Part shown: positions 20,086 to 30,133 of the stretch, piece by piece | How the letters are laid out: each line of letters begins with the position of its first letter | How positions within the stretch are numbered: the stretch's first letter is position 1 | Position numbers and translations under genes: made by a program | Notes under the pieces: model-generated | The model's database searches: none | What the model was told of the DNA's origin: nothing | The model's input: only the letters and a program-made list of their open reading frames with translations | From: Candidatus Omnitrophota bacterium | GTDB taxonomy: Bacteria > Omnitrophota > Gorgyraeia > Zapsychrales > JBAZNR01 | NCBI GenBank assembly: GCA_041649175.1 | Contig: JBAZNR010000001.1 | Location: 71,461 to 135,460 of the forward strand | Reading direction: 5' to 3' | DNA length: 64,000 nucleotides

Positions 20086-21240
20086 TTAGCTGGGATTATC
20101 ATAGTTGATCTTAGTTAAATTACCGTGGCGATCTTTGACCAAATGACCGCGCGCATCGCAAACAAACAATTTCTTGTTGGTAAAACGATCGCAAATACTT
20201 GTAAATTCTTCGACCGTCATATCCAATGGTTCTAGGATCGCTTCCAAAGAATACCCCAGATAAGATTTTGGAAATCTTCCGTCGTGACGGCGCACGAGCA
20301 TCATAGCCTCTTCACGCGTCAAACGTCCTCGACGCAAATGAAGGCAGGCCAGATCCGTCGCGCGGCCAAATCCGAACTTAAGGAACTTAAAATAATCGTG
20401 AATGCCCATCTGGCAATTATCCAAGTTTTCATAATTGACTAAAGCGCCTTCAATCGCCGAATGATAGGTTTGCATTCCATGGGCTTGCGCGATCAAAACA
20501 TTTGTATATCCGTCCCACGGCACGTAATATCCTAAAAATAAACCCGTCACGCCCACGCGTTTAAGCTCCTCGTCCGTCGGATAGGTATACTGGATAAGAT
20601 GCTTAGGTTCAATACCTTCCTGCCCGGTAAGATCGGTAACGCGTAAGCCCAGTAACCCTCCAAATTCCTCCAGCCATCTTCGGTCTAAAATATTATGCTC
20701 GGCTGCGGCCGCCGGCCCGCCATATTCGTTCTGAGAATTTTCTCCCCAGATCAAAAGCGGAATATTCATTTGCACGGCCACACGCACCGGAATCGTAAAA
20801 ATAGTTAAGTGTTCCGGCCAAGAAATATCTCCGATCTGTTTAAGCGCAAAACGGTTTATCCGGCGGCGGACAACCGGATTGGTCGTCACTTCGATATAGT
20901 CAACGCCGAGTTTCTTCATATTCTCGATATTTTTTCGCCCGATATCGGATAAATGATCGGTTGTTGCGGTCACGCACAAAGGATTCATTCCAAGTTCCAG
21001 CATTTTAATGACTTGGAAATGACTGTCTTTGCCGCCGGAAACCGGAACCAAACAATCGTAATTATTGCCGTTACGCGAGCGATAGCGCTCTAAAACATTC
21101 AAAAGTTCTTTTTTTCTTACGTTCCAGTCTACCTCTTTGCGTTTTTCAAATGAACGACAAGCATTGCAAATTCCCTGTTCATCGATTTTCAGGTCCGGGC
21201 GGGTTTCCGGCATAACACAGCGACGACAATAGCGCAACAT
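20086..21240 (-). CDS. N-acetyl sugar amidotransferase (WbuX/WbpG/PseA-like, PP-loop ATPase)
   Basis: MLRYCRRCVMPETRPDLKIDEQGICNACR zinc ribbon plus the PP-loop VPVSGGKDS. Confidence 0.75.
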   Translation of the reverse strand: MLRYCRRCVMPETRPDLKIDEQGICNACRSFEKRKEVDWNVRKKELLNVLERYRSRNGNNYDCLVPVSGGKDSHFQVIKMLELGMNPLCVTATTDHLSDIGRKNIENMKKLGVDYIEVTTNPVVRRRINRFALKQIGDISWPEHLTIFTIPVRVAVQMNIPLLIWGENSQNEYGGPAAAAEHNILDRRWLEEFGGLLGLRVTDLTGQEGIEPKHLIQYTYPTDEELKRVGVTGLFLGYYVPWDGYTNVLIAQAHGMQTYHSAIEGALVNYENLDNCQMGIHDYFKFLKFGFGRATDLACLHLRRGRLTREEAMMLVRRHDGRFPKSYLGYSLEAILEPLDMTVEEFTSICDRFTNKKLFVCDARGHLVKDRHGNLTKINYDNPS

Positions 21241-21244
21241 AGCG

Positions 21245-22402
21245 TTACCTCCGTATGTATTTTTTAAGAATGGAAAGAATGTTTAAAACTTTTCTTTTTT
21301 GGGATAAAGTCATGGACGCAAAAAGCGGAATGCTGAGTTCGCGCGCGTAAAAGTCTTCCGCCATAGGACACAATCCCTTTTGATAGCCCAGTTGTTGATA
21401 AAAGGGTTGCAGATAAACCGGAATATAGTGAACCTGAACACCTAAACCATTTTTACGCAGCAGATTAAAGATTTCCTTTTTCATCGTAATATCTTTGTTC
21501 TTAAAACGGATGGAATACAAATGCCAAGAAGAATGCGCGTCATTTTTTTCAACGGGTAAATCAAAGAATGGATTATTCCTAAATACTTGTGAATACTGTC
21601 TGGCTAAATTTCTACGCTTCTGGATAAAAGTATTAAGTTTTTTTAGTTGTGATATTCCTAAGGCGCATTGCAAGTCGGTTAATCGATAATTATATCCCAG
21701 TGTTTGCATTTCGTAATACCACGGCACATTAGACATGCCTTTTGTTTTGTAAAGTTTTCCATTACGTGTGACACCGTGGTGGCGGAACATGAGAAGCTTT
21801 TCATAATATTTCTTCTCATTTGTTAAAACCGCGCCGCCTTCCCCGGTTGTGATCGATTTGACGGGGTGAAAACTTAAAACAGTCATGTCCGAATAGCGGC
21901 AACAGCCGATCTTTTTGCCTTTATATTGCGCGCCCAAAGCGTGGGCGGCATCTTCGATCACAATAAGTTTATTTTTACGCGCAATGCGCGAGATCTTTTC
22001 CATATCACAGGAATGCCCCGCAAAGTGAACAGGAACAATACCTTTGGTTTTCTTCGAAATATTTTCTTGGATCAAATCGGCATTGATGTTCCCTGTTTCT
22101 TTTTCCACGTCGACAAAAACAGGTTTTGCACCGCAATAAAGCGCCGCATTGGTTGTTGCCAAAAATGTGATTGGTGACGTTATGACCTCGTCATCTTTTG
22201 AAAATCCGGCCGCCGTATAAGCCGCATGAAGCGCCGCTGTTCCGCTGGAAAGAACAACCGCATAACGCGACCCTGCATAGCGGCAAAGCGCCTTTTCAAG
22301 TTTTTGAACAGCAGGCCCCTGGGTTATTAGGTCAGATCTCAAAACCCGGGCAACCTGCGCAATATCTTTCTTGTCGATAGATTGACGGCTATAGGGAATC
22401 AC
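21245..22402 (-). CDS. pseC: UDP-4-amino-4,6-dideoxy-N-acetyl-beta-L-altrosamine transaminase
   Basis: MIPYSRQSIDKKDIAQVARVLRSDLITQGPAVQKLEKAL...SFHPVKSIT (PLP Lys). Confidence 0.85.
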   Translation of the reverse strand: MIPYSRQSIDKKDIAQVARVLRSDLITQGPAVQKLEKALCRYAGSRYAVVLSSGTAALHAAYTAAGFSKDDEVITSPITFLATTNAALYCGAKPVFVDVEKETGNINADLIQENISKKTKGIVPVHFAGHSCDMEKISRIARKNKLIVIEDAAHALGAQYKGKKIGCCRYSDMTVLSFHPVKSITTGEGGAVLTNEKKYYEKLLMFRHHGVTRNGKLYKTKGMSNVPWYYEMQTLGYNYRLTDLQCALGISQLKKLNTFIQKRRNLARQYSQVFRNNPFFDLPVEKNDAHSSWHLYSIRFKNKDITMKKEIFNLLRKNGLGVQVHYIPVYLQPFYQQLGYQKGLCPMAEDFYARELSIPLFASMTLSQKRKVLNILSILKKYIRR

Positions 22403-23375
22403 TTTTGATCACCTTTTGCAGATCTTTAATGGTTAGCCACTTTTCGTTTTTGTCGCTGCAATACACAAAGTTTTCCGGAACAAAAGGAAATTTATCGTAA
22501 ACTTTGTGGACATCTTCATTCTCGTAAAATTGCGGCATGATCACATAAGAGCCTTTAAAAATCTTTGTTTTTCTCGCCTCATCTTCCGAGACAAGCGTTT
22601 CGTGGATCTTTTCTCCGGGGCGGATACCGATTTTCTTGAACGTACATTTTGGCTCAATAGCCAAAGCCAGATCCGTGACCTTCATCGACGGGATCATCGG
22701 GACAAAGGTCTCACCGCCAACCGTATTTTCTAAAGCCTTCAAAACCAGATCAACGCCTTCTTCTAAGGTGATCCAGAACCGCGTCATTTTTTCATCCGTA
22801 ATAGGAAATTCTTTAATACCCTGCTTTTTAAAATTCAAAAATAGCGGGATGACACTTCCGCGCGAACCGACAACATTGCCATAACGGACAACGGAAAACT
22901 TCACCCGCCCGCCCGCATAGGCGTTAGCCGCAACAAAGGTTTTCTCGGCAACTAATTTCGTCGCGCCATAAAGATTGACCGGATTAACAGCCTTATCGGT
23001 CGAAAGCGCGATGACTTTTTTTACACCGACATCAATGGAAGCTTCCACGATATTGTCAGCACCCAAGATATTTGTTTTAACGGCTTCCATCGGATTATAT
23101 TCAAGTGCCGGCACTTGCTTTAAAGCCGCGGCATGAATTACATAATCCACACCTTCAAAGGCGCGAAATAAACGGCTTCGGTCTCGAATATCTCCGAGAA
23201 AATAACGAATGGGGTATTTTTTCTCCGGAAATTCTTTCGACATTTCACTTTGCTTAAATTCATCCCGGCTAAAAACAATAAGCTTCTTTGGTTTAAACTT
23301 CTTAAATATAACCTGCGTAAATTTCCGGCCGAATGACCCTGTCCCACCGGTTACTAAGATCGTCTTATCGTTCAT
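22389..23375 (-). CDS. pseB: UDP-N-acetylglucosamine 4,6-dehydratase (inverting)
   Basis: MNDKTILVTGGTGSFGRKF...LGDIRD...YGATKLVAEK. Confidence 0.85.
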   Translation of the reverse strand: MNDKTILVTGGTGSFGRKFTQVIFKKFKPKKLIVFSRDEFKQSEMSKEFPEKKYPIRYFLGDIRDRSRLFRAFEGVDYVIHAAALKQVPALEYNPMEAVKTNILGADNIVEASIDVGVKKVIALSTDKAVNPVNLYGATKLVAEKTFVAANAYAGGRVKFSVVRYGNVVGSRGSVIPLFLNFKKQGIKEFPITDEKMTRFWITLEEGVDLVLKALENTVGGETFVPMIPSMKVTDLALAIEPKCTFKKIGIRPGEKIHETLVSEDEARKTKIFKGSYVIMPQFYENEDVHKVYDKFPFVPENFVYCSDKNEKWLTIKDLQKVIKSDSL

Positions 23376-23406
23376 CGCTTACGCTCCTTTATTATTTCCT
23401 AAGAAA

Positions 23407-25251
23407 TTATTGTAAAGAATCTAGGTAATGGAATTTTCCCTTGCGCTCTAATAATTGCTGATAGCTTCCGGATTCGCACACCTTTCCATCGTCAATGACA
23501 TAGATCATATCAGCCAGCTTTACGGTTGATAGACGGTGCGCGACCATAATGATCGTTAATTCCTTTTTCAATTCACTGATAGTTGACTGAATCATCGCTT
23601 CCGATTCTAAGTCTAATTCGCTGGTCGCCTCATCAAGAATTAGTATCTTTGGCTTCATAAATAAAGACCGTCCTAAAACCAACCGTTGGCGCTGGCCGCC
23701 GGAAAGCTTAATGCCGTTTTCACCGATCAACGTGTTAAGCCCTTGCGGTAGTTGGTCAACAAATTGATCAATACGCACTTTACGGCAAACATCGAGGATC
23801 ACTTCATCAGTTACAGAAGATGCGCCGATCGTCAGATTTTCTTTGATCGTTCCGTCCAAAAGCGACGGCTGTTGATTGACGTAAGCAACGCCATTTCGAA
23901 ACAAATTCTTATCTAGCTCATCATGCCGGATATCCCCATAATAAATAGCGCCTTGGTTGGGTTGGATCAATCCTAAAAGCAGATCGAGCATCGTTGATTT
24001 TCCGACACCGGAACTTCCCACAAAAGCCACGGTTGTTTTAGGCTTAATCGAAAAATTAAGCCCTGTTAAAACCTGCTGTCCGGACGGGTAAGCAAAATGA
24101 ACATCTTGAAACACAATAGGCTGATCACAGAAGAATTTCTTAGAACCGCTTTTTTCTTTATGCTCATCGAGGTCACGCAAATGCTTTTGAAGAGATTTGT
24201 GCATCGGAATATTGCTATCGAGCGCGGCATAGATATCAGAGAGGGCAACAAATTGCGGCGCGATCCGCAAGAAAACAAATAAGATCAAAAGCAGTGTTGC
24301 ATAATTGAGCGAAAGTTGTTGATGGAAAAATAAAAGCCCTATTAAAAATAGCGACGTGCCTAAAACGCTCCAAGAACGCTGGATCTCGATCAAAACGCTT
24401 TGACGCTTGATCTGGCGGCATAGATTTCCGACGATCAAAGAAATCGCATCGGTTAATTTTCCGCTTAAAACGGAAGCCTTAAAGAATTTCTTATTCTGTT
24501 GAAATCCGATAATATCGTTGGAAAGTTTTTTATAATTCTCATTGTAGCTTTCTGCGACCTTTAAAACACGGTTTGAAATTAAAGCGCTCACCAGCAATAA
24601 AAAGGCATAAACAACTGTTGCGGTCATCGTAACAATAAAGGATAACTTCATGGCAATACCAAGAAACGTAATAACTTGAACGAAGTTGATGAAAACCCTT
24701 TGGGCATTGAGATTACATTCGCTGGCAAACTGCGCTTCCCGGATAATGGCATAATACATTCCGCCTGAGTGTTTATCGGTAAGCCACAACCAATCGGCGT
24801 CGGCATAAGCCTTAATGACCTTTTCTCGATACTTTAGCAATAATTCCTCTTTAGCAAAGGTGGCAATAAGCGAAGAAAGAAATACCAAAGCCTGCCCTAT
24901 CAAAATAAGGACGCCTGCTGTCAATAAAACCGAATGGAATGTTAGGTCAATACCTAGAAATTTTAAAGGCACGGCAATGACTTTTAGATAGCTTGTACTG
25001 TCCGCCGCAAAACTTTTTTCCTGCATAAATTCTAAAACCGGGATAAGGATTGGCAGCCCGATAAAACTGGCCAAACTACTGACGATCTGAAAGAAGATCA
25101 CCCAGCGGTAGTTAGGCGACGTCACAATAAGATAGGCGATATACTTAAGCTTAGCCGCCGTTATTTGGCACCCCTTTCGCAACAAAGCAAATAAGCTAAA
25201 AAATATATTAAAAGGTTTTTGAATGGCTTCCATATCGTTATGAGTCTTCAT
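23407..25251 (-). CDS. ABC exporter, fused transmembrane domain and ATPase (MsbA-like type I exporter)
   Basis: 614 aa; six-TM N-terminal half; Walker A GSSGVGKST; signature LSGGQRQRL; Walker B ILILDEAT. Confidence 0.8.
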   Translation of the reverse strand: MKTHNDMEAIQKPFNIFFSLFALLRKGCQITAAKLKYIAYLIVTSPNYRWVIFFQIVSSLASFIGLPILIPVLEFMQEKSFAADSTSYLKVIAVPLKFLGIDLTFHSVLLTAGVLILIGQALVFLSSLIATFAKEELLLKYREKVIKAYADADWLWLTDKHSGGMYYAIIREAQFASECNLNAQRVFINFVQVITFLGIAMKLSFIVTMTATVVYAFLLLVSALISNRVLKVAESYNENYKKLSNDIIGFQQNKKFFKASVLSGKLTDAISLIVGNLCRQIKRQSVLIEIQRSWSVLGTSLFLIGLLFFHQQLSLNYATLLLILFVFLRIAPQFVALSDIYAALDSNIPMHKSLQKHLRDLDEHKEKSGSKKFFCDQPIVFQDVHFAYPSGQQVLTGLNFSIKPKTTVAFVGSSGVGKSTMLDLLLGLIQPNQGAIYYGDIRHDELDKNLFRNGVAYVNQQPSLLDGTIKENLTIGASSVTDEVILDVCRKVRIDQFVDQLPQGLNTLIGENGIKLSGGQRQRLVLGRSLFMKPKILILDEATSELDLESEAMIQSTISELKKELTIIMVAHRLSTVKLADMIYVIDDGKVCESGSYQQLLERKGKFHYLDSLQ

Positions 25252-25804
25252 ATATCAGCTTCGATTTGTCTTTTACTAGGTTTTCAATGATATTAACTTG
25301 ATTGCGGCCAGAATATTTTCCGTTTTTTATGCCCTCTTTACAAATAAGAATGGTACCGATAACTTCTTGTTGAGGAAATTCTGCCAAGTGTTGTATCGTA
25401 TAGTCATGGATCTGCTTTTCTTTAAAAACCATTTCAATCAACAAGGTCAGATCGGATTCGCCGACAACAAAAAAATTCCGCTCTCCTTTTTCATAAAGCG
25501 GAATAACGATTCTTTTGATGGCTTCCTTGATAAGGCCGATAGACCTTAACGTTTTCATCGTGTAGTTCATGGATTTTTGCATCTTTTCGGAGAGCCCTTT
25601 AGAGGTAAGGATGTACTTGACTTTCTTTTGATTTAATTGCTTGATGCGGATAAAACCTTTGGCGATAAGCCGGCGCACCAGCATATTGACCATCCCTAAA
25701 GAAACCTTCATCTGAAGAGACAGATCACGCTGATTCGAAGCCAGATCGGCTCCGATGATATTGACAAGCTCAAATTCCCGTTCGTTGAGTGTGGGTTTAG
25801 GCAT
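25238..25804 (-). CDS. putative winged-helix transcriptional regulator
   Basis: 188 aa; the N-terminal roughly 70 aa are HTH-like (SLQMKVSLGMVNMLVRRLIAKGFI); the C-terminal domain is unknown. It sits directly downstream of a consensus promoter with a palindromic operator. Confidence 0.45.
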   Translation of the reverse strand: MPKPTLNEREFELVNIIGADLASNQRDLSLQMKVSLGMVNMLVRRLIAKGFIRIKQLNQKKVKYILTSKGLSEKMQKSMNYTMKTLRSIGLIKEAIKRIVIPLYEKGERNFFVVGESDLTLLIEMVFKEKQIHDYTIQHLAEFPQQEVIGTILICKEGIKNGKYSGRNQVNIIENLVKDKSKLIYEDS

Positions 25805-25808
25805 GGGT

Positions 25809-25857
25809 TATGTTCAATGAGTGAACATAATTATACAAAGGTCCTAATTTTTGTCAA
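25809..25857 (-). promoter_or_regulatory. sigma70-type promoter (TTGACA-16 nt-TATAAT) with an overlapping perfect 9-bp inverted repeat (TTATGTTCA-N5-TGAACATAA) operator
   Basis: The minus-strand read is ccTTGACAaaaattaggacctttgTATAATTATGTTCActcatTGAACATAAcccATG. The hexamers match consensus; the palindrome spans +1 and ends 5 nt before the regulator's start codon. Confidence 0.5.
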
Positions 25858-25923
25858 GGATAAAAGATGTTGCGGGGAAACGAGTTGCGGAAGCCTTTGA
25901 AGCTTAGATAAAGACAAGAACAA

Positions 25924-27069
25924 TCATTTTGTTTTAATTTTCTTGTAAAAAGTCTGCGCGGACACATCCCAACACCAGCCCAAAAAGAAAGCAAAAAGCG
26001 GCATTGTCCAGCCAAATTGTCGCTGAAGGAACCAATATTTATTAATCAAATCTATGGCAATAACACATCCTATTCCAAAAACAATAAAAACGGCGAAAAA
26101 AACGATCTGTGGCCATTTATCTTTATGCGGAATCAACAAGGAAGCCAACATGCCTAAAAGCAGGAAATATAAAGCCTTATTGCCTATCAAATTACCTAAA
26201 ATACCTTTTAGAAAGCCGACAAGATTAGTTACCGGGCTTGGGATAAATTCAAACGTCGGTACAGCGCCAAAGAAAATCCTTTTCTCTTGGGAAAACCCAA
26301 GATTAATAGACGCATACCACAGCCATATTGCAATGGCGAAAACAAAAAACACTCCGAAGAATTTAATGATCGGATAGATTATTTCTTTAGAAAGGTTGCC
26401 TTTATGCCAATTTAGAAATAATGCATAAATAACCGATAGGCCTATAAACAAAATCCCATAAACATGGAAAATGACGACAAAAATCAGAAAAGCACTGATC
26501 CAAAGCTTTCTCGACAAGCTCATTTCCTTATATTTTTCCATCAAAAGTTCAGTAAAATACAGCGTTCCTACGGCGAGTGCTGGCAAAACAGCATAAGATC
26601 TAAATTCAAAAGCCTGAAATATCAATGTCTGATTTAAACAAACAATGCTAAACGCAACCAAATATCCCCAGATTGTCCGATAATACCTATTGCAGAGCAA
26701 ATACAAGAAGTAAAACAGTAAAATGGCCGACAAGACATGTGGGATCGCTAAAAACCATTTGTTCGCCTCGGCAACACGCTCTGCGAGAGCATAATCACGG
26801 ATCAAGGCATCACCAGCAATTCCCTGTTGAGCAAAAATCTTGATAAAAGGATAGGTTAGGATATAGTCGCCGGGAAAACTCGAAAAATCACCATAATGAT
26901 GCCGCAACCAAAAAGGCTTAAACGGCCCTGCAGAAGATTGGAATTGATACATCTCATCATTGGACAGTGTCCGGGAATTCAATTCGTGAGCCCGTAGCCC
27001 CAAAGCCCCAATAAAAAGAAGCGCGCAGATCAGGATCTTTTTATATCGATCATTCCATTTCATAGCCAA
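25924..27069 (-). CDS. polytopic inner-membrane protein; GT-C-like glycosyltransferase or polymerase/ligase suspected
   Basis: 381 aa with at least 10 predicted TM segments; N-terminal periplasmic-loop acidic motif (NDEMYQ). Family not certain. Confidence 0.35.
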   Translation of the reverse strand: MAMKWNDRYKKILICALLFIGALGLRAHELNSRTLSNDEMYQFQSSAGPFKPFWLRHHYGDFSSFPGDYILTYPFIKIFAQQGIAGDALIRDYALAERVAEANKWFLAIPHVLSAILLFYFLYLLCNRYYRTIWGYLVAFSIVCLNQTLIFQAFEFRSYAVLPALAVGTLYFTELLMEKYKEMSLSRKLWISAFLIFVVIFHVYGILFIGLSVIYALFLNWHKGNLSKEIIYPIIKFFGVFFVFAIAIWLWYASINLGFSQEKRIFFGAVPTFEFIPSPVTNLVGFLKGILGNLIGNKALYFLLLGMLASLLIPHKDKWPQIVFFAVFIVFGIGCVIAIDLINKYWFLQRQFGWTMPLFAFFLGWCWDVSAQTFYKKIKTK

Positions 27070-27121
27070 TGCCTTCCTTGAAACTTTTTAGATAGATAAA
27101 GATTTTTACAAAGCTCTTTTC

Positions 27122-27149
27122 TTGCAGAAATGCGTCTTGTGTTATAATA
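27122..27149 (+). promoter_or_regulatory. sigma70-type promoter for metF (TTGCAG-16 nt-TATAAT)
   Basis: cTTGCAGaaatgcgtcttgtgtTATAATacaaccaatcATG. The -10 element ends about 9 nt before the ATG, so the mRNA is near-leaderless with no SD. Confidence 0.4.
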
Positions 27150-27158
27150 CAACCAATC

Positions 27159-28031
27159 ATGCGTAAACTAACAGATATTTTTAAAGAAAAACAGCAGACA
27201 TTCTCTTTTGAACTTTTTCCACCCAAGACGGAAGAAGGCTATCAGAAATTGCTTTCAACGATAAAGCAGCTTTCGGAACTTAAGCCGGATTTTATTTCTG
27301 TCACCTGCGGCGCCGGAGGCGGAACTCGCGCCCGGACTAAAGACATTGTTGACCACATTCAAGAAACCTACCAGATAACCGGCGTTGAGCATTTAACCTG
27401 CATCGGAAATACCAAGGCCGAGATCAAGAAATCACTAGATGATACACAAGCGCGCGGTATTTACAATATCCTAGCTCTTCGCGGCGATCCTCCTCCCAAT
27501 AGCCCGGCTGTTAAACTTGGGAAGGATAATTTTAAATACAGTTATCAGCTTTGTAAATTTATCCGAGCGACTTATGCGGATGATTTTTCAATAGGCGTTG
27601 CCGGCTTTCCGGAAGGACATGTTCTATGCCCGGACCGAGAGCTTGATGCCGATTACTTAAAGATCAAAATGGATGCCGGAGCTGATTATGTCATTACCCA
27701 GCTTTTCTTTAATAACAAAGATTACTTTGATTACGTTAAGCGTTTACGCCGACGAGGAATTTTTGCCCGCGTCATTCCCGGAATTATCCCCATCACGGAT
27801 TATCTCGGCATTTTAAGATTCTGCCAAAAATGTGGAACAAGCGTACCCAAAGAAGTTCAAGAAGTTTTTGCGCCGATCCAAACTGACCCGCAAGCTGTAA
27901 GCGAGGCCGGAATAAAATTTGCTATTCGTCAATGCCGTGAATTATTGGAAAATGGCGCTCCGGGTTTGCATTTTTACACGCTCAATAAGGCTTCACCGGT
28001 AGACATTATCTTAAAAGAAGTAAGAAAATAA
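27159..28031 (+). CDS. metF: 5,10-methylenetetrahydrofolate reductase
   Basis: MRKLTDIFKEKQQTFSFELFPPKTEEGYQKL...SVTCGAGGGTRA. Only plus-strand gene in the window. Confidence 0.9.
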   Translation: MRKLTDIFKEKQQTFSFELFPPKTEEGYQKLLSTIKQLSELKPDFISVTCGAGGGTRARTKDIVDHIQETYQITGVEHLTCIGNTKAEIKKSLDDTQARGIYNILALRGDPPPNSPAVKLGKDNFKYSYQLCKFIRATYADDFSIGVAGFPEGHVLCPDRELDADYLKIKMDAGADYVITQLFFNNKDYFDYVKRLRRRGIFARVIPGIIPITDYLGILRFCQKCGTSVPKEVQEVFAPIQTDPQAVSEAGIKFAIRQCRELLENGAPGLHFYTLNKASPVDIILKEVRK

Positions 28032-28041
28032 TTCTGAAAAC

Positions 28042-28082
28042 AAAAAAAGGCGCCCCGACATTTTGTCGGGGCGCCTTTTTCA
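28042..28082. terminator. bidirectional Rho-independent terminator (shared by metF and gap)
   Basis: aaaaaaaGGCGCCCCGACattttGTCGGGGCGCCttttt: an 11-bp GC-rich stem with an A-tract on one side and a T-tract on the other. Confidence 0.7.
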
Positions 28083-28094
28083 TTATTCCTTTTC

Positions 28095-29114
<1,020 letters not shown>

Positions 29115-29119
29115 TTACT

Positions 29120-30133
29120 TTAACTTTTGGTTTCTAAATTAACTTCCCGTAAATATTTTGCCGCCAAATCAGGCGATGTCGGTACCAGATAAAATCCCGT
29201 TCCCCATTCAAATCCGGCCACGCGTGTTAATTTCGGAATAATTTCAATATGCCAATGATAACTTTCGTTATTTTCATAACCGACCGGTGCCGTATGCAAA
29301 AAGAAATTATACGACGGATTATTTAACGCTACCTTCATCCGGCGCAGCACCTCGCCTAAACTGCAAGACAGATGATACTGCTCCTCTTCGGTAATGCTGT
29401 TAAACGGTGCGCTGTGTTTCTTGGGGATGATCCAGGTTTCAAAGGGATATCGCGGAACGTAGGGGCAGAAACAAATAAAATCCTTATTCTCGGCAACGAT
29501 CCTTTCTTTATCCTGATACTCCTGATTGATCATATCGCAGAAAATGCACCTCCCGCGATATTCATAATAATACTTCGAACCTTCCAATTCTTCAAGAACA
29601 TATTTGGGGACCATCGGAAGAGCGATGAGTTGTGTATGCCCATGCTCCAAGGAAGCACCGGCAGAATCGCCAAAATTCTTGAAAATAAGGATATATTTAA
29701 AACGTTTATCTTCGGCTAAGCTTTTAGACCGGCTTTGATATTTCTTAACAACCGATAAAATCTCTTCATTGGTAAGATCCGCCAAGCTTTTACGATGATT
29801 CGGTGTTTCAATGATGATCTCATGAGCCCCGATGCCGTTCATCGTATCAAAGATCCCAAGACCAGAACGTTTCAATTCCCCTTCGATCCTTAAAACCGGA
29901 AATTTATTAGGGATCACCCGAACCATCCAGCCTTGCGTATCCGCTTTTGTATTGTGCGGACGAACGGCTTCGATTTCCGACGGAGTTTGATGTTCCCGGC
30001 CATAGCAAAATTGACAGATCGCTTCCTGCTTATAGTGATGTTCTTCTTTGTCGAAGTCTTGCGGGCCCCAAGAATCTTTTGTGTTAACAACCACCCAGCG
30101 GCCGACAATGGGATCTTTGCGTAATTCCGCCAT
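29120..30133 (-). CDS. galT: galactose-1-phosphate uridylyltransferase-family HIT enzyme (paralogue A, catalytic motifs intact)
   Basis: CQFCYG zinc motif; FKNFGDSAGASLEHGHTQ aligns with E. coli FENKGAAMGCSNPHPHGQ (HxH nucleophile present). Confidence 0.8.
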   Translation of the reverse strand: MAELRKDPIVGRWVVVNTKDSWGPQDFDKEEHHYKQEAICQFCYGREHQTPSEIEAVRPHNTKADTQGWMVRVIPNKFPVLRIEGELKRSGLGIFDTMNGIGAHEIIIETPNHRKSLADLTNEEILSVVKKYQSRSKSLAEDKRFKYILIFKNFGDSAGASLEHGHTQLIALPMVPKYVLEELEGSKYYYEYRGRCIFCDMINQEYQDKERIVAENKDFICFCPYVPRYPFETWIIPKKHSAPFNSITEEEQYHLSCSLGEVLRRMKVALNNPSYNFFLHTAPVGYENNESYHWHIEIIPKLTRVAGFEWGTGFYLVPTSPDLAAKYLREVNLETKS

